Positions 19,674 through 29,742 of a stretch of DNA of 64,000 bases are shown here, piece by piece. Source of the stretch: an uncultured candidatus Porisulfidus sp. (GTDB lineage: Bacteria > Pseudomonadota > Gammaproteobacteria > Poriferisulfidales > Poriferisulfidaceae); assembly GCA_958431155.1 (NCBI GenBank), contig OY288106.1, forward strand, positions 317,937-381,936, given 5' to 3'. The notes under the pieces were generated by a model that saw only the letters and a list, made by a program, of their open reading frames with translations, ran no database searches and had not been told where the DNA came from. A program made the translations under genes and the position numbers. Position 1 is the first letter of the stretch. The number at the start of each line of letters is the position of its first letter.

Positions 19674-20516
19674 ATGCCAGACTGGAACGCCGAGCCTTCG
19701 ACCCTGTACATAGTGGCGACGCCGATCGGCAACCTGGCCGACCTGAGCCCCCGGGCGTCCGGGGTACTGAGCACGGTGACGTGGGTTGCGGCGGAGGACA
19801 CCCGGCAGACGCGCAAGCTGATGGCGCACCTGGGGGCGGGCGCACGGCTGCGCAGCCTGCACCGCGGAAACGAGGCGCGCACGGTTCCCGCCCTGGTTCG
19901 GTCTTTGCGCACGGGGACTTCCGGGGCGCTGGTGTCCGACGCCGGAACGCCTCTGGTCAGCGACCCGGGCCGCTGGCTGGTGGAGGCCGCGCTTCGGGCC
20001 GGGATCGCGGTGGTGCCGCTGCCGGGCCCATGCGCCGTGGCGGCGGCGCTGTCGGTTGCCGGGCTGGACGCCGCGCGCTTCGTGTTCGAGGGTTTCCTGC
20101 CGGCACGTGCGGTGGCTCGGCGCAAACGGGTCGCAGAGCTGTCCGGCGAGACGCGCACTTGGGTGGTGTACGAGGCGCCGCACCGGATCCGGGCGCTGGC
20201 CGAGGATCTGAAAGCGGTCCTGGAGCTGGATCGGCAGGTGGCGTGGGTTCGCGAGATGACCAAGCGGCACGAGCAGGTCTGGCGGGGGACGGCCGAGGAA
20301 CTGGACCCGCAGCGTATCCCCGAGCGCGGCGAATTCGTGGTGGTGGTCGAGGGCGCGGGAGAGGTGGCCGGCGTCTCGGACGACGCCCTCGATGCGTTTC
20401 TTGAACCGCTGCTCGCGGCGGGGATCGGGGTGCGCACGGCGGCCGCCCTGGCGCGGGACTGCCTGGGCGCGGCGCACAAGGCGGCGTACGCCCGCGCACT
20501 CGCGCTGAAGCGCTGA
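19674..20516 (+). CDS. rsmI: 16S rRNA (cytidine1402-2'-O)-methyltransferase
   Basis: LYIVATPIGNLADLSPRA and AEDTR motifs (tetrapyrrole-methylase fold). Confidence 0.9.
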   Translation: MPDWNAEPSTLYIVATPIGNLADLSPRASGVLSTVTWVAAEDTRQTRKLMAHLGAGARLRSLHRGNEARTVPALVRSLRTGTSGALVSDAGTPLVSDPGRWLVEAALRAGIAVVPLPGPCAVAAALSVAGLDAARFVFEGFLPARAVARRKRVAELSGETRTWVVYEAPHRIRALAEDLKAVLELDRQVAWVREMTKRHEQVWRGTAEELDPQRIPERGEFVVVVEGAGEVAGVSDDALDAFLEPLLAAGIGVRTAAALARDCLGAAHKAAYARALALKR

Positions 20517-20543
20517 GCGCGCGCGGCAGGGAGTATGATGGGT

Positions 20544-20880
20544 GGGGAAGCGGGCCGGGCAGCCGCCGCCTCGTGCGGAGGAAAGTCCGGGCTCCACAGG
20601 ACGGGATGCCAGGTAACGCCTGGGGGGCGCAAGCCCACGGCCAGTGCCACAGAAAAGATACCGCCGGATTCGTCCGGTAAGGGTGAAAAGGTGCGGTAAG
20701 AGCGCACCGCGCGGCTGGCAACAGACGTGGCAGGGTAAACCCCATCCGGAGCAAGACCCAATAGGGGAGCGATCAGGTGTCCTGCCTGGCTCCCGGGTAG
20801 GTCGCTAGAGCGGGGCGGCGACGTCCCGCCCAGATGAATGGCTGTCCTCGACAGAACCCGGCTTACAGGCCCGCTTCCCC
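20544..20880 (+). ncRNA. rnpB: RNase P RNA, bacterial type A
   Basis: Universal motifs GGAAAGTCCGGGCTCCA, GGTAACGCCTGGG, GGTGCGGTAAGAGCGCACC and ACAGAACCCGGCTTA. The 5' GGGGAAGCGGGCC pairs with the 3' GGCCCGCTTCCCC to form P1. Confidence 0.92.
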
Positions 20881-21097
20881 ATCCATAGGCTTTTCATGCA
20901 GTTGGGGCGCCAACCGCAAACTTTTCCACGTCGCTCTTCGGCGGCCTGAAAGTGGAAATTTCGCCCTGAATCCGGGTGCGTCCTGCCCGGATGTTTCACT
21001 GAATTGACGAAAGAATTAACTATAATATTATTATATTACATATATTTATTGATAAATTCTTAATTTTTTATAGATAGGGTTGCCTGTCCCCTCTGAA

Positions 21098-21132
21098 TGG
21101 AATAGAATGGAAATTACTGGAAATAAGTGGAG
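21098..21132 (+). promoter_or_regulatory. Probable MraZ operator: four direct repeats TGGAA/TGGAA/TGGAA/TGGAG at exact 10-bp spacing
   Basis: The sequence reads TGGAAtagaaTGGAAattacTGGAAataagTGGAG, ending 28 nt before the mraZ ATG. The architecture matches known MraZ boxes (direct pentamer repeats with 5-nt spacers). Confidence 0.6.
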
Positions 21133-21159
21133 AACTCCACTTCGGGGGAGGCCGGGCCT

Positions 21160-21609
21160 ATGTTTAGGGGATCGTGTCTACTGACCGTCGACGACAAGGG
21201 CCGCATCGCGGTCCCTGGCCGCTTTAGGGAACCCCTGCTCGAGCAATGCGACGGCCATGTGGTCGCCACCATGTTCCATGATCGCAGCTTGGCCATCTAC
21301 CCGCTGCCGGTGTGGGAAGAACTGGAGCAGCGCCTGCAGGCTCTGCCGAGTGGAAATGCCGCCAACCGCGTGCTGCAGGAAATGCTCATCGGACATGCCG
21401 ACGAACGACAGCTCGACGGCCAGGGCCGGCTCCTGCTGGCGCCGAGCCTGCGCCGCTACGCCGGGCTGGAGCGCGACGCAGAGTTGATCGGTCAGAGCAA
21501 GAAACTGGTGCTGTGGGCGGCGCAGGCCAACGAGCAGCGCTACGAGAACTGGGCGCAGGTTCTCGGCGACCCAGACTTCGCCCACACCGTGACCAACCTC
21601 GATCTCTAA
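21160..21609 (+). CDS. mraZ: Transcriptional regulator MraZ
   Basis: MFRGSCLLTVDDKGRIAVP and a second SpoVT/AbrB-like half (DGQGRLLLAPSLR). Confidence 0.95.
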   Translation: MFRGSCLLTVDDKGRIAVPGRFREPLLEQCDGHVVATMFHDRSLAIYPLPVWEELEQRLQALPSGNAANRVLQEMLIGHADERQLDGQGRLLLAPSLRRYAGLERDAELIGQSKKLVLWAAQANEQRYENWAQVLGDPDFAHTVTNLDL

Positions 21610-22541
21610 TGGCGGTAGGGCAGACGCATGAACCGGTCCTTCTGCGCGAAACCCTGGTCCGACTTGCCATTCGTCCCGACGGCCTTTACGTCGACGCCAC
21701 TTATGGCCGTGGCGGACATGCCCGCAGAATCTTCGAACAGCTTGGCCCTGGTGGCCGGCTATGGCTTGTGGATCGAGACCCCGGAGCCTGCGCCCATGCG
21801 CGACGCACGTTCGGAGGCGACCCGAGAGTGACCGTGGTGCAGGACGTGTTCGCGGCCCTGCCCGAGCGCCTTGCCCAGGCTGGCCTGCAGCGCCAAGTCG
21901 ACGGGTTGTTGCTGGACCTCGGTGTCTCCTCGGCACAACTCGACTCTGCGGAACGCGGCTTCAGTTTCCGCGAGGACGGTCCGCTCGACATGCGCATGAG
22001 CGGGGACGGACGCACTGCCGCGCAGTGGCTTGCGCAGGCCGAAGAGAAGGAAATTGAAGGCGTCTTGTCCGAATTCGGAGAGGAACGCTACGCCCGGCGC
22101 ATCGCCCGCGCCATCGTCGAGACCCGACAATGCACTCCCCTGACCCGCACCCGGCCCCTGGCGCAATTGATCGAACGCGCGGTGCCCAAGACCGAGGCGC
22201 GCCTGCATCCGGCCACGCGCAGCTTCCAGGCGATCCGGATTCTCGTCAACCGCGAACTCGAACAGCTGGAAGCCCTGCTGGGGCAGGTGGTGGCCTTGCT
22301 CGCGGACGAGGCGCGGCTCGCGGTCATCAGTTTCCATTCGCTGGAGGACCGCATCGTCAAGCGCTTCCTGCGCGCGGCCAGCCAGCCGCCGCCGGTCGGC
22401 CGGCACCGCCCGCCTCCCCCGTTCGAGCCGACGCTGGAGGTGTTCGAACTGATCCGCCCCGCATCCTCCGAGATCGACCGCAACCCGCGCGCCCGCTCGG
22501 CTCGGCTGCGCACAGCCCGGAGGCTGCCGTGCGCGGCATGA
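21609..22541 (+). CDS. rsmH: 16S rRNA (cytosine1402-N4)-methyltransferase
   Basis: HEPVLLRE, DATYGRGGH and DLGVSSAQLD motifs. The ATG overlaps the mraZ TAA. Confidence 0.95.
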   Translation: MAVGQTHEPVLLRETLVRLAIRPDGLYVDATYGRGGHARRIFEQLGPGGRLWLVDRDPGACAHARRTFGGDPRVTVVQDVFAALPERLAQAGLQRQVDGLLLDLGVSSAQLDSAERGFSFREDGPLDMRMSGDGRTAAQWLAQAEEKEIEGVLSEFGEERYARRIARAIVETRQCTPLTRTRPLAQLIERAVPKTEARLHPATRSFQAIRILVNRELEQLEALLGQVVALLADEARLAVISFHSLEDRIVKRFLRAASQPPPVGRHRPPPPFEPTLEVFELIRPASSEIDRNPRARSARLRTARRLPCAA

Positions 22542-22795
22542 TCCTGTGGGGCCTGCTGCTGCTCGCCAACCTGGCGGTGGCGATCGGCGTGGTCTACGTC
22601 AAGCACTCCAACCAGGTGGTGTTCAAGCAGATCCAGGAACAGCGCCACGCGTACCACCGCCTGCAGACGGAATGGGGACGGCTGTTGCTCGAGCAGGGTA
22701 CCTTGGCCGCCTACGCGCGGGTGGAGCAGGAAGCGGTGCGGCGTCTGCGCATGCAGCGGCCCGATCCGTCCAAGGTGAACCTGCTGAGTCCATGA
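22538..22795 (+). CDS. ftsL: Cell division protein FtsL
   Basis: 85-aa bitopic protein (TM helix then coiled coil) in the canonical position. ATGA overlaps on both sides. Confidence 0.85.
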   Translation: MILWGLLLLANLAVAIGVVYVKHSNQVVFKQIQEQRHAYHRLQTEWGRLLLEQGTLAAYARVEQEAVRRLRMQRPDPSKVNLLSP

Positions 22796-24492
22796 AGATC
22801 GTCCGCCGCGTCTTCTACGACTGGCGCCGCCGCCTGGTGCTTGGCCTGTTCCTGCTGGCCGGGCTTGGCCTGGCCGGTCGCGCCGTCCAGTTGCAGTATG
22901 CCGAGCAGGAGTTCCTGACCGCACAGGGCGAGAGTCGCCAGCTGCGCACCGTGCCGATCCCGGCCTCGCGCGGCATGCTGCTCGACCGCCAAGGCGAGCC
23001 GCTCGCGATCAGCACCCCGGTGCAGTCAGTGTGGGCCGAGCCGAAGCAATTGATCGAATCGCAGGACCGATGGCTCGAACTGGCCCGGGAACTGGGCCTG
23101 TCGCGACTGAAGCTGAAGCGGATGGTGCTCGACCGCCGGAATCGCAAGTTCGTCTACCTGCGCCGGCAGGTCACGCCGGACTTGGCCGCCAAGATTACCG
23201 CGCTGCAGATCCCGGGGGTCGGTCTGATCACGGAATACCGCCGCTACTACCCGGCCGGCGCGGTGGTCGCGCAGCTGATCGGCGGCACCGACATCGACGA
23301 CAACGGGCAGGAGGGGCTCGAACTCGCCTTCGACAGCCGGCTGCGTGCGCGGCCAGGCGCGCGCCGGGTGCGCCAGGACCGCTACGGGCGGGTCATCGAC
23401 GACCTCGCCCAGGTGCGCCCGCCGAAGCATGGAGAGAACCTGCGCCTCGGCATCGATCTGTGGCTGCAATACCGGGCCTACCAGGAATTGCAGGCCGCCG
23501 TGTTCAAGCACCGTGCGCAAAACGGCATCGCGGTCGTACTGGACGTGATCACCGGCGAAGTGCTGGCGATGGCCCAGGCGCCGTCGTTCAACCCCAACGT
23601 GCGCCGCACGGCGCCGTCCGACCGGCGCCGCAACCGCGCCGTCACCGACCCGTACGAACCGGGTTCGGTGATGAAGCCGTTCACCGTCCTGACCGCGCTG
23701 ATGACTGGGATTTACGACGAGAACAGCCGCTTCGACACGAATCGGGGCAAATGGAAAATCGGCGGGCGCCTCATCCAGGACATCAAGGATTTCGGCGAGC
23801 TCGACCTGGGCGGCGTGCTGATCAAGTCCAGCAACGTGGCGTCGGCCCGTATCGCGTTGGACCTGCCCGCAGAATCCCTGTGGGGGACCTTGGACCAGCT
23901 CGGTTTCGGACAGCTGCTGCGGATCGGCTACCCGGGCGAGACCGGTGGCGTGTTGCGCGAGCCGCAGCACTGGACGCCGGTCGACCAGGCCGCCCTCGGC
24001 TACGGCTACGGCCTGTCCGCCACGCCCCTGCACATCGCGCAGGCGTACATGGTGCTCGGCAACCACGGCGTGCGCCATCCGATCAGCTTCCTCGCCGATC
24101 CCCGGTCCGACGGGGAGCGCGTGCTGCCGCGCGAGTTCTGCGATGCGGTGCTGCGCATGATGGGGAAGATCACGCAGCCCGGCGGCACCGCTTGGCGCGC
24201 CCGGATCCCGGGCTACACCGTGGCGGCCAAGACCGGCACGGTGCAGAAAGTCATCGATGGCGCCTACTCCAAGCAGCACCACATCGCGCTGACCGCCGGC
24301 GTGGTGCCGGCCCGCCACCCTCGCCTGGCCATCCTGGTGCTGGTGGACAGCCCGAGCGCGGGACAGTACTACGGCGGGCAGGTGGCCGCCCCGGTGTTCC
24401 GCGAGGTGGCGCGCGAGGCACTGCGCCTGCTGAACGTGCTGCCCGACGATCAGGAATGGATGAGCCGGATCTCGTCCGGAGGCGCCGGATGA
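22792..24492 (+). CDS. ftsI: Peptidoglycan D,D-transpeptidase FtsI (PBP3)
   Basis: SVMK (SxxK), SSN and KTGT motifs, with an N-terminal TM anchor. Confidence 0.95.
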   Translation: MKIVRRVFYDWRRRLVLGLFLLAGLGLAGRAVQLQYAEQEFLTAQGESRQLRTVPIPASRGMLLDRQGEPLAISTPVQSVWAEPKQLIESQDRWLELARELGLSRLKLKRMVLDRRNRKFVYLRRQVTPDLAAKITALQIPGVGLITEYRRYYPAGAVVAQLIGGTDIDDNGQEGLELAFDSRLRARPGARRVRQDRYGRVIDDLAQVRPPKHGENLRLGIDLWLQYRAYQELQAAVFKHRAQNGIAVVLDVITGEVLAMAQAPSFNPNVRRTAPSDRRRNRAVTDPYEPGSVMKPFTVLTALMTGIYDENSRFDTNRGKWKIGGRLIQDIKDFGELDLGGVLIKSSNVASARIALDLPAESLWGTLDQLGFGQLLRIGYPGETGGVLREPQHWTPVDQAALGYGYGLSATPLHIAQAYMVLGNHGVRHPISFLADPRSDGERVLPREFCDAVLRMMGKITQPGGTAWRARIPGYTVAAKTGTVQKVIDGAYSKQHHIALTAGVVPARHPRLAILVLVDSPSAGQYYGGQVAAPVFREVAREALRLLNVLPDDQEWMSRISSGGAG

Positions 24493-25955
24493 CTCTGCAG
24501 GCCTCGCTGTCGGACTTACTCGAAGGGTTTGCCCCCGTTCCCCGGGACTGTGCAATCGCCGGCATTCAGTGCTGTAGCGCGGCGATCCGTCCCGGGGATC
24601 TTTTCGCGGCCTGCCGGGGAACCCGGCGCCACGGCCTTGAGGGTTTGCCCGAAGCGCTCGAGCGGGGCGCGGCGGCGGTGATCTACGAGCCGGCCCCCGA
24701 ACAGGCGCCTCCCTGCGTGGACGTCCCGTGCGTGGCAGTGCCGGAACTGTCGCGCTTGCTCGGCACGATCGCCGGGCGCTTCTACTGCGAGCCATCGGCC
24801 CAGTTGCCGATCATCGGCATTACCGGCACCGACGGCAAGACTTCCACCAGCCACCTCATCGCGCAGATCCTGGGCGCGCTGGAGCAATCCTGCGGCGTGA
24901 TCGGAACCCTGGGCGCGGGCAGGCTCCATGCCCTGCATGCGACCGGCCTCACCACGCCCGACGCCGTGCGGCTGCAGGCGGAGTTGTTCGACATGGTGCA
25001 GCGTGGCGATACGGTGGCCGTGCTGGAAGTCTCCTCGCACGCCCTCGACCAGCATCGCTGCGACGGGGTGCGGTTCGACACGGCGGTCTTCACCACGCTG
25101 GGACGCGATCACCTCGACTACCACCGGACTCCGGAACGCTACGCCGCGGCCAAGCGCCGCCTGTTCACGGAATTGAAGCCCGGACGCGTGGTTCTGAACC
25201 TGGATGACCCGTTCGGGCGCCAGCTGGCCGAGCGGCTGGGGCCGCAGATGCAGGTCCATACCTGTGCGATCGACGCCCCGGCCGGGTCCACCGCACGCGT
25301 CACCGGCATGACGCCGCAGGGCCTGGCTTTCGAATGGACCGCCGCCGGCGAGACCCACGCGGTGCAGGCGCCGGGCCTGTACGGCCGCTTCAACGTGATG
25401 AACCTGCTGCTGTCGGCGACCGTCGTGCACGCGCGCGGGACGCCGATGGCGAAGGTGGTGGCGGCAATGGAAGGCCTGTCGCCGGTGCCGGGCCGCCTGG
25501 AGCGCGTGGCCGAGACGCCGAGCCCGGTGTTCGTCGACTACGCGCATACCCCCGATGCGCTTGAAGCGGCGCTCGGCGCGCTGCGCGGGCATTTCGGTGC
25601 GGACATCCACTGCGTGTTCGGCTGCGGCGGCGACCGCGACCGCGGCAAGCGTCCGCGCATGGGCGAGATCGCGCAGCGACTGGCATCTCGCGTGACCCTG
25701 ACCGACGACAATCCGCGCAGCGAGGCACCCGGACAGATCGTCCAGGACATCCTCGCAGGCCTTCCCGAACCCGCACGGGTCGCCGTCCAGCACGACCGCG
25801 CGGAGGCGATCTGCCGGGCGATCCGGGAAGCGACCCCCGGCGAGGTGGTGCTGATCGCGGGCAAGGGCCACGAGTCCGAACAACTTACCGCCGACGGGGC
25901 GCGGACGTTCTCCGATCACGAAACCGTTCGCGCGGCACTGGAGGCGGACGCATGA
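24489..25955 (+). CDS. murE: UDP-MurNAc-L-Ala-D-Glu:meso-DAP ligase
   Basis: GITGTDGKTST P-loop and a DNPR motif (TDDNPRSE). ATGA overlap with ftsI. Confidence 0.95.
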   Translation: MTLQASLSDLLEGFAPVPRDCAIAGIQCCSAAIRPGDLFAACRGTRRHGLEGLPEALERGAAAVIYEPAPEQAPPCVDVPCVAVPELSRLLGTIAGRFYCEPSAQLPIIGITGTDGKTSTSHLIAQILGALEQSCGVIGTLGAGRLHALHATGLTTPDAVRLQAELFDMVQRGDTVAVLEVSSHALDQHRCDGVRFDTAVFTTLGRDHLDYHRTPERYAAAKRRLFTELKPGRVVLNLDDPFGRQLAERLGPQMQVHTCAIDAPAGSTARVTGMTPQGLAFEWTAAGETHAVQAPGLYGRFNVMNLLLSATVVHARGTPMAKVVAAMEGLSPVPGRLERVAETPSPVFVDYAHTPDALEAALGALRGHFGADIHCVFGCGGDRDRGKRPRMGEIAQRLASRVTLTDDNPRSEAPGQIVQDILAGLPEPARVAVQHDRAEAICRAIREATPGEVVLIAGKGHESEQLTADGARTFSDHETVRAALEADA

Positions 25956-27307
25956 GGGTGATGCGGCTTGCGCAGCTGGCGGCCTGGGCCGATGGCGAAC
26001 TCAAGGGTGCGGACGCGCCGGTCGCCGGGGTCGGTACGGATAGCCGGGTCTTGCGCGACGGCGAACTGTTCGTGGCCTTGAAAGGCGAGAACTTCGACGG
26101 CCACGACTTCGCCGCGCAGTGTGAAGGACGCGCGGCCGGGGTGATGGTGGCGCGCGAACTCTCCGTGGACTGCCCGCAGATCGTGGTTCCGGACCCGCTC
26201 ACGGCGTTGCAGCGCATCGCCGCGGCCTGGCGGGCGGAGCACGACGCCGTGGTGGCAGGCATCACCGGCAGCAATGGCAAGACCACCACCAAGGAGATGA
26301 CCGCCGCCGTCCTTGGAGCCGACGGCCACACCCTCGCATCGTCGGGCAACCTGAACAACCACATCGGCGTGCCGCTGACGCTGCTTGGTCTCGAGGCCGA
26401 GCACCGGTACGCGGTCATCGAGATGGGCGCCAACCATCCTGGCGAAATCCGCCGGCTGACGGCGCTGGCGCAACCGCAGGCGGCCACGGTCACCTGCGCT
26501 GCGCAGGCACACCTGGAAGGCTTCGGCAGCCTGCAGGGCGTGGCCCGGGCGAAGGCCGAGATCTTCGAGGGTCTGGGACCGGAAGGCGTCGCGGTCGTCA
26601 ACGCCGAGGACGCATTCGCCTTCCAGTGGCGCACCACGGCCGCACCGCACGATGTGATGACCTTCTCCGCCGACCTGCGGGTGGCGGCAGACATCCAGGC
26701 CCGCCTCGCCGCTCCGTCGCGGCTTGAACTGCGCTGCGGCAGCGAGAGCGTCGAGATCGACTGGTCGCTTGAGGGCACGCACAACGCGCGCAATGCCGCC
26801 TGCGCGGTGACGCTGGCGGTGGCGCTCGGCATGCCGTTCGAGCGGGCGGCGCAGGCGCTTTCGGGCTTCCGGCTCGCCATCGGCGGCCGACTGCACCTGG
26901 TCGAGGGCCTCGGCGGCGCGCAACTGATCGACGACAGCTACAACGCCAACCCCGGTTCCTTCCACGCGGCCATCGACGTGTTGATGGCGCAGGGCAGGGA
27001 GCCTTGGATGGTCATGGGAGAAATGAAGGAACTCGGCCTGTACAGCGCGGAGTGTCACGAGGAAGTGGCCGATTACGCACGCAGGGCCGGCGTGCGCCGG
27101 CTGTATGCGCTGGGCCCGCATGCCGATCGCGTCGCGCGCGCGTTCGGAGCGGGGGGGCAGGCCTGCGCCGACCTGGAGACGCTGGCGAGCGAGCTGCGTG
27201 CACGACTCGGGCCGCAGTGCGCAGTGCTGATCAAGGGCTCCCGCGCGGCGCGGCTGGAAGACCTGGTGGAACGGCTGGTGCCGGGAGGCGAGGCACATGC
27301 TGCTTGA
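25952..27307 (+). CDS. murF: UDP-MurNAc-tripeptide:D-Ala-D-Ala ligase
   Basis: [14 protein letters not shown] and the Mur ligase C-terminal domain. Confidence 0.95.
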   Translation: MRVMRLAQLAAWADGELKGADAPVAGVGTDSRVLRDGELFVALKGENFDGHDFAAQCEGRAAGVMVARELSVDCPQIVVPDPLTALQRIAAAWRAEHDAVVAGITGSNGKTTTKEMTAAVLGADGHTLASSGNLNNHIGVPLTLLGLEAEHRYAVIEMGANHPGEIRRLTALAQPQAATVTCAAQAHLEGFGSLQGVARAKAEIFEGLGPEGVAVVNAEDAFAFQWRTTAAPHDVMTFSADLRVAADIQARLAAPSRLELRCGSESVEIDWSLEGTHNARNAACAVTLAVALGMPFERAAQALSGFRLAIGGRLHLVEGLGGAQLIDDSYNANPGSFHAAIDVLMAQGREPWMVMGEMKELGLYSAECHEEVADYARRAGVRRLYALGPHADRVARAFGAGGQACADLETLASELRARLGPQCAVLIKGSRAARLEDLVERLVPGGEAHAA

Positions 27308-28373
27308 ATTCTTCACTTGGCTCGAACGGTTCGATCCGGGCTTCGCGCTGTTCCAGTACCTGACGGTCCGCGGCATCCTGGCATTGCTGACGGCGCTTGG
27401 CATCGCACTGCTGATCGGCCCGGCGGTGATCCGCTGGCTGCAGGCGCGGGACATCGGGGAGACGGTGCGCGACGACGGCCCGGCCTCGCACCAGTCCAAG
27501 GGCGGAACGCCGACCATGGGCGGGGTGCTGATTATCCTGGCGCTGCTCGGCTCGGTGCTGCTGTGGGGTGCCTGGGACAACCGCTACCTGTGGGTGCTGG
27601 TGGCGGTGACCGTGCTGTACGCGCTGATCGGCATCCTCGACGACTTCTACAAGTTCCGCCGCGGCCGCGGCATCACCGCGCGCCTCAAGTTCTCGCTGCA
27701 AGTGCTGATCGGCATGGCCGTCGCCCTCGCGCTGTACGCCAGCGCGGTCGACCCGGTGGAAACCCGCATGGTGTTCCCGATCATCAAGGAATGGCAGTTC
27801 GATCTCGGCTGGGCGTTTGTGCCGCTGGCCGCGTTCATGCTGGTGCTGATGAGCAACGCGGTCAACCTGACCGACGGCCTCGACGGACTCGCCATCATGC
27901 CGTCGGTGCTGATCGCAGGCGGGCTCGGCGTGTACGCGTACGCCACCGGGCACATGCAGTTCGCCGAATACCTCGGCATCGCGCATGTCCCGCTGGCCGG
28001 CGAGATGATCGTGTACTGCGGCGCGCTGGTGGGGGCGGGGCTCGGGTTCCTGTGGTTCAACACCTACCCGGCGCAGGTCTTCATGGGCGACGTCGGCGCG
28101 TTGGCGATCGGCGCCGCGCTCGGCGCGGTGGCGGTGCTGCTGCGCCAGGAGATCGTGCTGATCCTGATGGCCGGCGTGATGATGATGGAGACCCTGTCGG
28201 TGGTGCTTCAGGTGGTCTCGTACCGCCTCACCGGGCGGCGTATCTTCGCCATGGCGCCGTTGCATCACCACTTCGAATTACGCGGCTGGCCGGAACCCCG
28301 GATCGCGGTCCGTTTCTGGATCATCACGGTGGTTCTGGTGATGCTGGGGTTGGCCACCCTGAAAGTTCGATAA
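27297..28373 (+). CDS. mraY: Phospho-MurNAc-pentapeptide translocase
   Basis: Ten-TM protein with [13 protein letters not shown] and MGDVGALA motifs. Confidence 0.97.
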   Translation: MLLEFFTWLERFDPGFALFQYLTVRGILALLTALGIALLIGPAVIRWLQARDIGETVRDDGPASHQSKGGTPTMGGVLIILALLGSVLLWGAWDNRYLWVLVAVTVLYALIGILDDFYKFRRGRGITARLKFSLQVLIGMAVALALYASAVDPVETRMVFPIIKEWQFDLGWAFVPLAAFMLVLMSNAVNLTDGLDGLAIMPSVLIAGGLGVYAYATGHMQFAEYLGIAHVPLAGEMIVYCGALVGAGLGFLWFNTYPAQVFMGDVGALAIGAALGAVAVLLRQEIVLILMAGVMMMETLSVVLQVVSYRLTGRRIFAMAPLHHHFELRGWPEPRIAVRFWIITVVLVMLGLATLKVR

Positions 28374-28386
28374 CAAGGAGGGCACC

Positions 28387-29742
28387 ATGGATTCGATCAT
28401 TGCGCCCGTGACTATGAGAACCCTGGTCGTCGGCCTGGGCGTCACCGGCCTGTCGGTGGCGCACTACCTGCGCCGACGCAACGAGCCGTTCACGGTGTGG
28501 GACGCCGCGCCGAAGGAGCAGGCCCTGGCCAAGTTGCGCGAGGACTGCCCGGAGGCGGCGGTGGTCAGCGGCGACCCGGACCTCCAGGAATTCGAGTCCG
28601 CGGATACCGTGATCGTCAGCCCGGGCGTCTCGCTGGACCACCCGGCGCTGCGCGCCGCACGGGCGGGCGGCGCCCAGGTGTTCGGGGACATCGAGTTGTT
28701 CGCCCACGAGGCGAACGCACCGGTGCTCGGCATCACCGGCAGCAACGGCAAGAGCACCACCACGCTGATGGCGGCGCACCTGCTCGAGGAGGCCGGCCTC
28801 AAGGTCGAGTCCGGCGGCAACCTCGGCACGCCCGCGCTGTCGCTGCTGCGCGATCCGGCACCGGACGCCTACGTGCTGGAGTTGTCGAGCTTCCAGCTCG
28901 AAGCGACCGAAACCCTGCGCTGCCGGGCCGGGAGCCTGCTCAACCTCAGCCCGGACCATATTGACCGTCACGGCAGTTTCGAAGCCTATCGCGAGATCAA
29001 GCACCGTCTCTATCGGCACGCCGAGGTGGCGGTGTTCAACCGCGACGACCCCAACACCCGCCCCGGCATCACCGCGGGCCGGGCGATCAGTTTCGGGCTC
29101 GATGTCGCGCTGCATGACGACGACTTCGGCCTGCGCGAACACGCCGGGCAGGTCTGGCTGTGCCAGGGCCGGCAGCGGCTGCTGCCGTGCACGGAACTGC
29201 CGCTCGCGGGACGACACAACTGGGCCAATGCGCTGGCCGCGCTGGCCTTGGCCGAGGCGTTCGGCGTGGCGCCGGAGCAGGCGGCGCCGGCCCTGCGCTC
29301 GTTCGAAGGGCTGCCGCACCGGTTGCAGAAGATCGCGGAATTCGGTGGCGTCACATGGGTCAACGATTCCAAGTCCACCAATCTGGGCGCCATGCAGGCG
29401 GCGTTGGCCGCATTCGAAAGGCCTTGCGTGCTGATTGCCGGCGGGCGGGCCAAGCAGGAGGATCTCAGGCGGGCAACCCTCGCCCTGTCTCGACACGCGC
29501 GAACATTGGTGTTGTTCGGGGAATCGGCCGAGGTCATGGCGCAGGCCTGGACCGGTTGCGCGCCGGTGGTCCAAGTGCCAAATCTTGCGCAGGCGGTGGC
29601 GCAGGCCGCGAAACTGGCCGAACCCGGCGACTGCGTGCTGTTGTCCCCCGGCTGCGCGAGCTACGACCAGTATTCCGGATTCGAGGAGCGCGGCGAGGAT
29701 TTCGCCGAGCGCGTACGCACCCTGGAGCAGTCTGCCGCATGA
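28387..29742 (+). CDS. murD: UDP-MurNAc-L-Ala:D-Glu ligase
   Basis: [11 protein letters not shown] motif, with an N-terminal Rossmann-like VVGLGVTG. Confidence 0.95.
   Translation: MDSIIAPVTMRTLVVGLGVTGLSVAHYLRRRNEPFTVWDAAPKEQALAKLREDCPEAAVVSGDPDLQEFESADTVIVSPGVSLDHPALRAARAGGAQVFGDIELFAHEANAPVLGITGSNGKSTTTLMAAHLLEEAGLKVESGGNLGTPALSLLRDPAPDAYVLELSSFQLEATETLRCRAGSLLNLSPDHIDRHGSFEAYREIKHRLYRHAEVAVFNRDDPNTRPGITAGRAISFGLDVALHDDDFGLREHAGQVWLCQGRQRLLPCTELPLAGRHNWANALAALALAEAFGVAPEQAAPALRSFEGLPHRLQKIAEFGGVTWVNDSKSTNLGAMQAALAAFERPCVLIAGGRAKQEDLRRATLALSRHARTLVLFGESAEVMAQAWTGCAPVVQVPNLAQAVAQAAKLAEPGDCVLLSPGCASYDQYSGFEERGEDFAERVRTLEQSAA

Noticed and set aside
20970-20992. Hairpin ATCCGGG...CCCGGAT downstream of rnpB, considered as its terminator
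   Set aside because: It has only a 7-bp stem with a 9-nt loop and a poor T-tail (gtttcact), about 90 nt past the mature 3' end. The evidence is too weak to call.
20805-20999. A 64-aa minus-strand ORF
   Set aside because: It lies across the 3' part of the RNase P RNA gene and its flank. The RNA-gene signatures explain the sequence.
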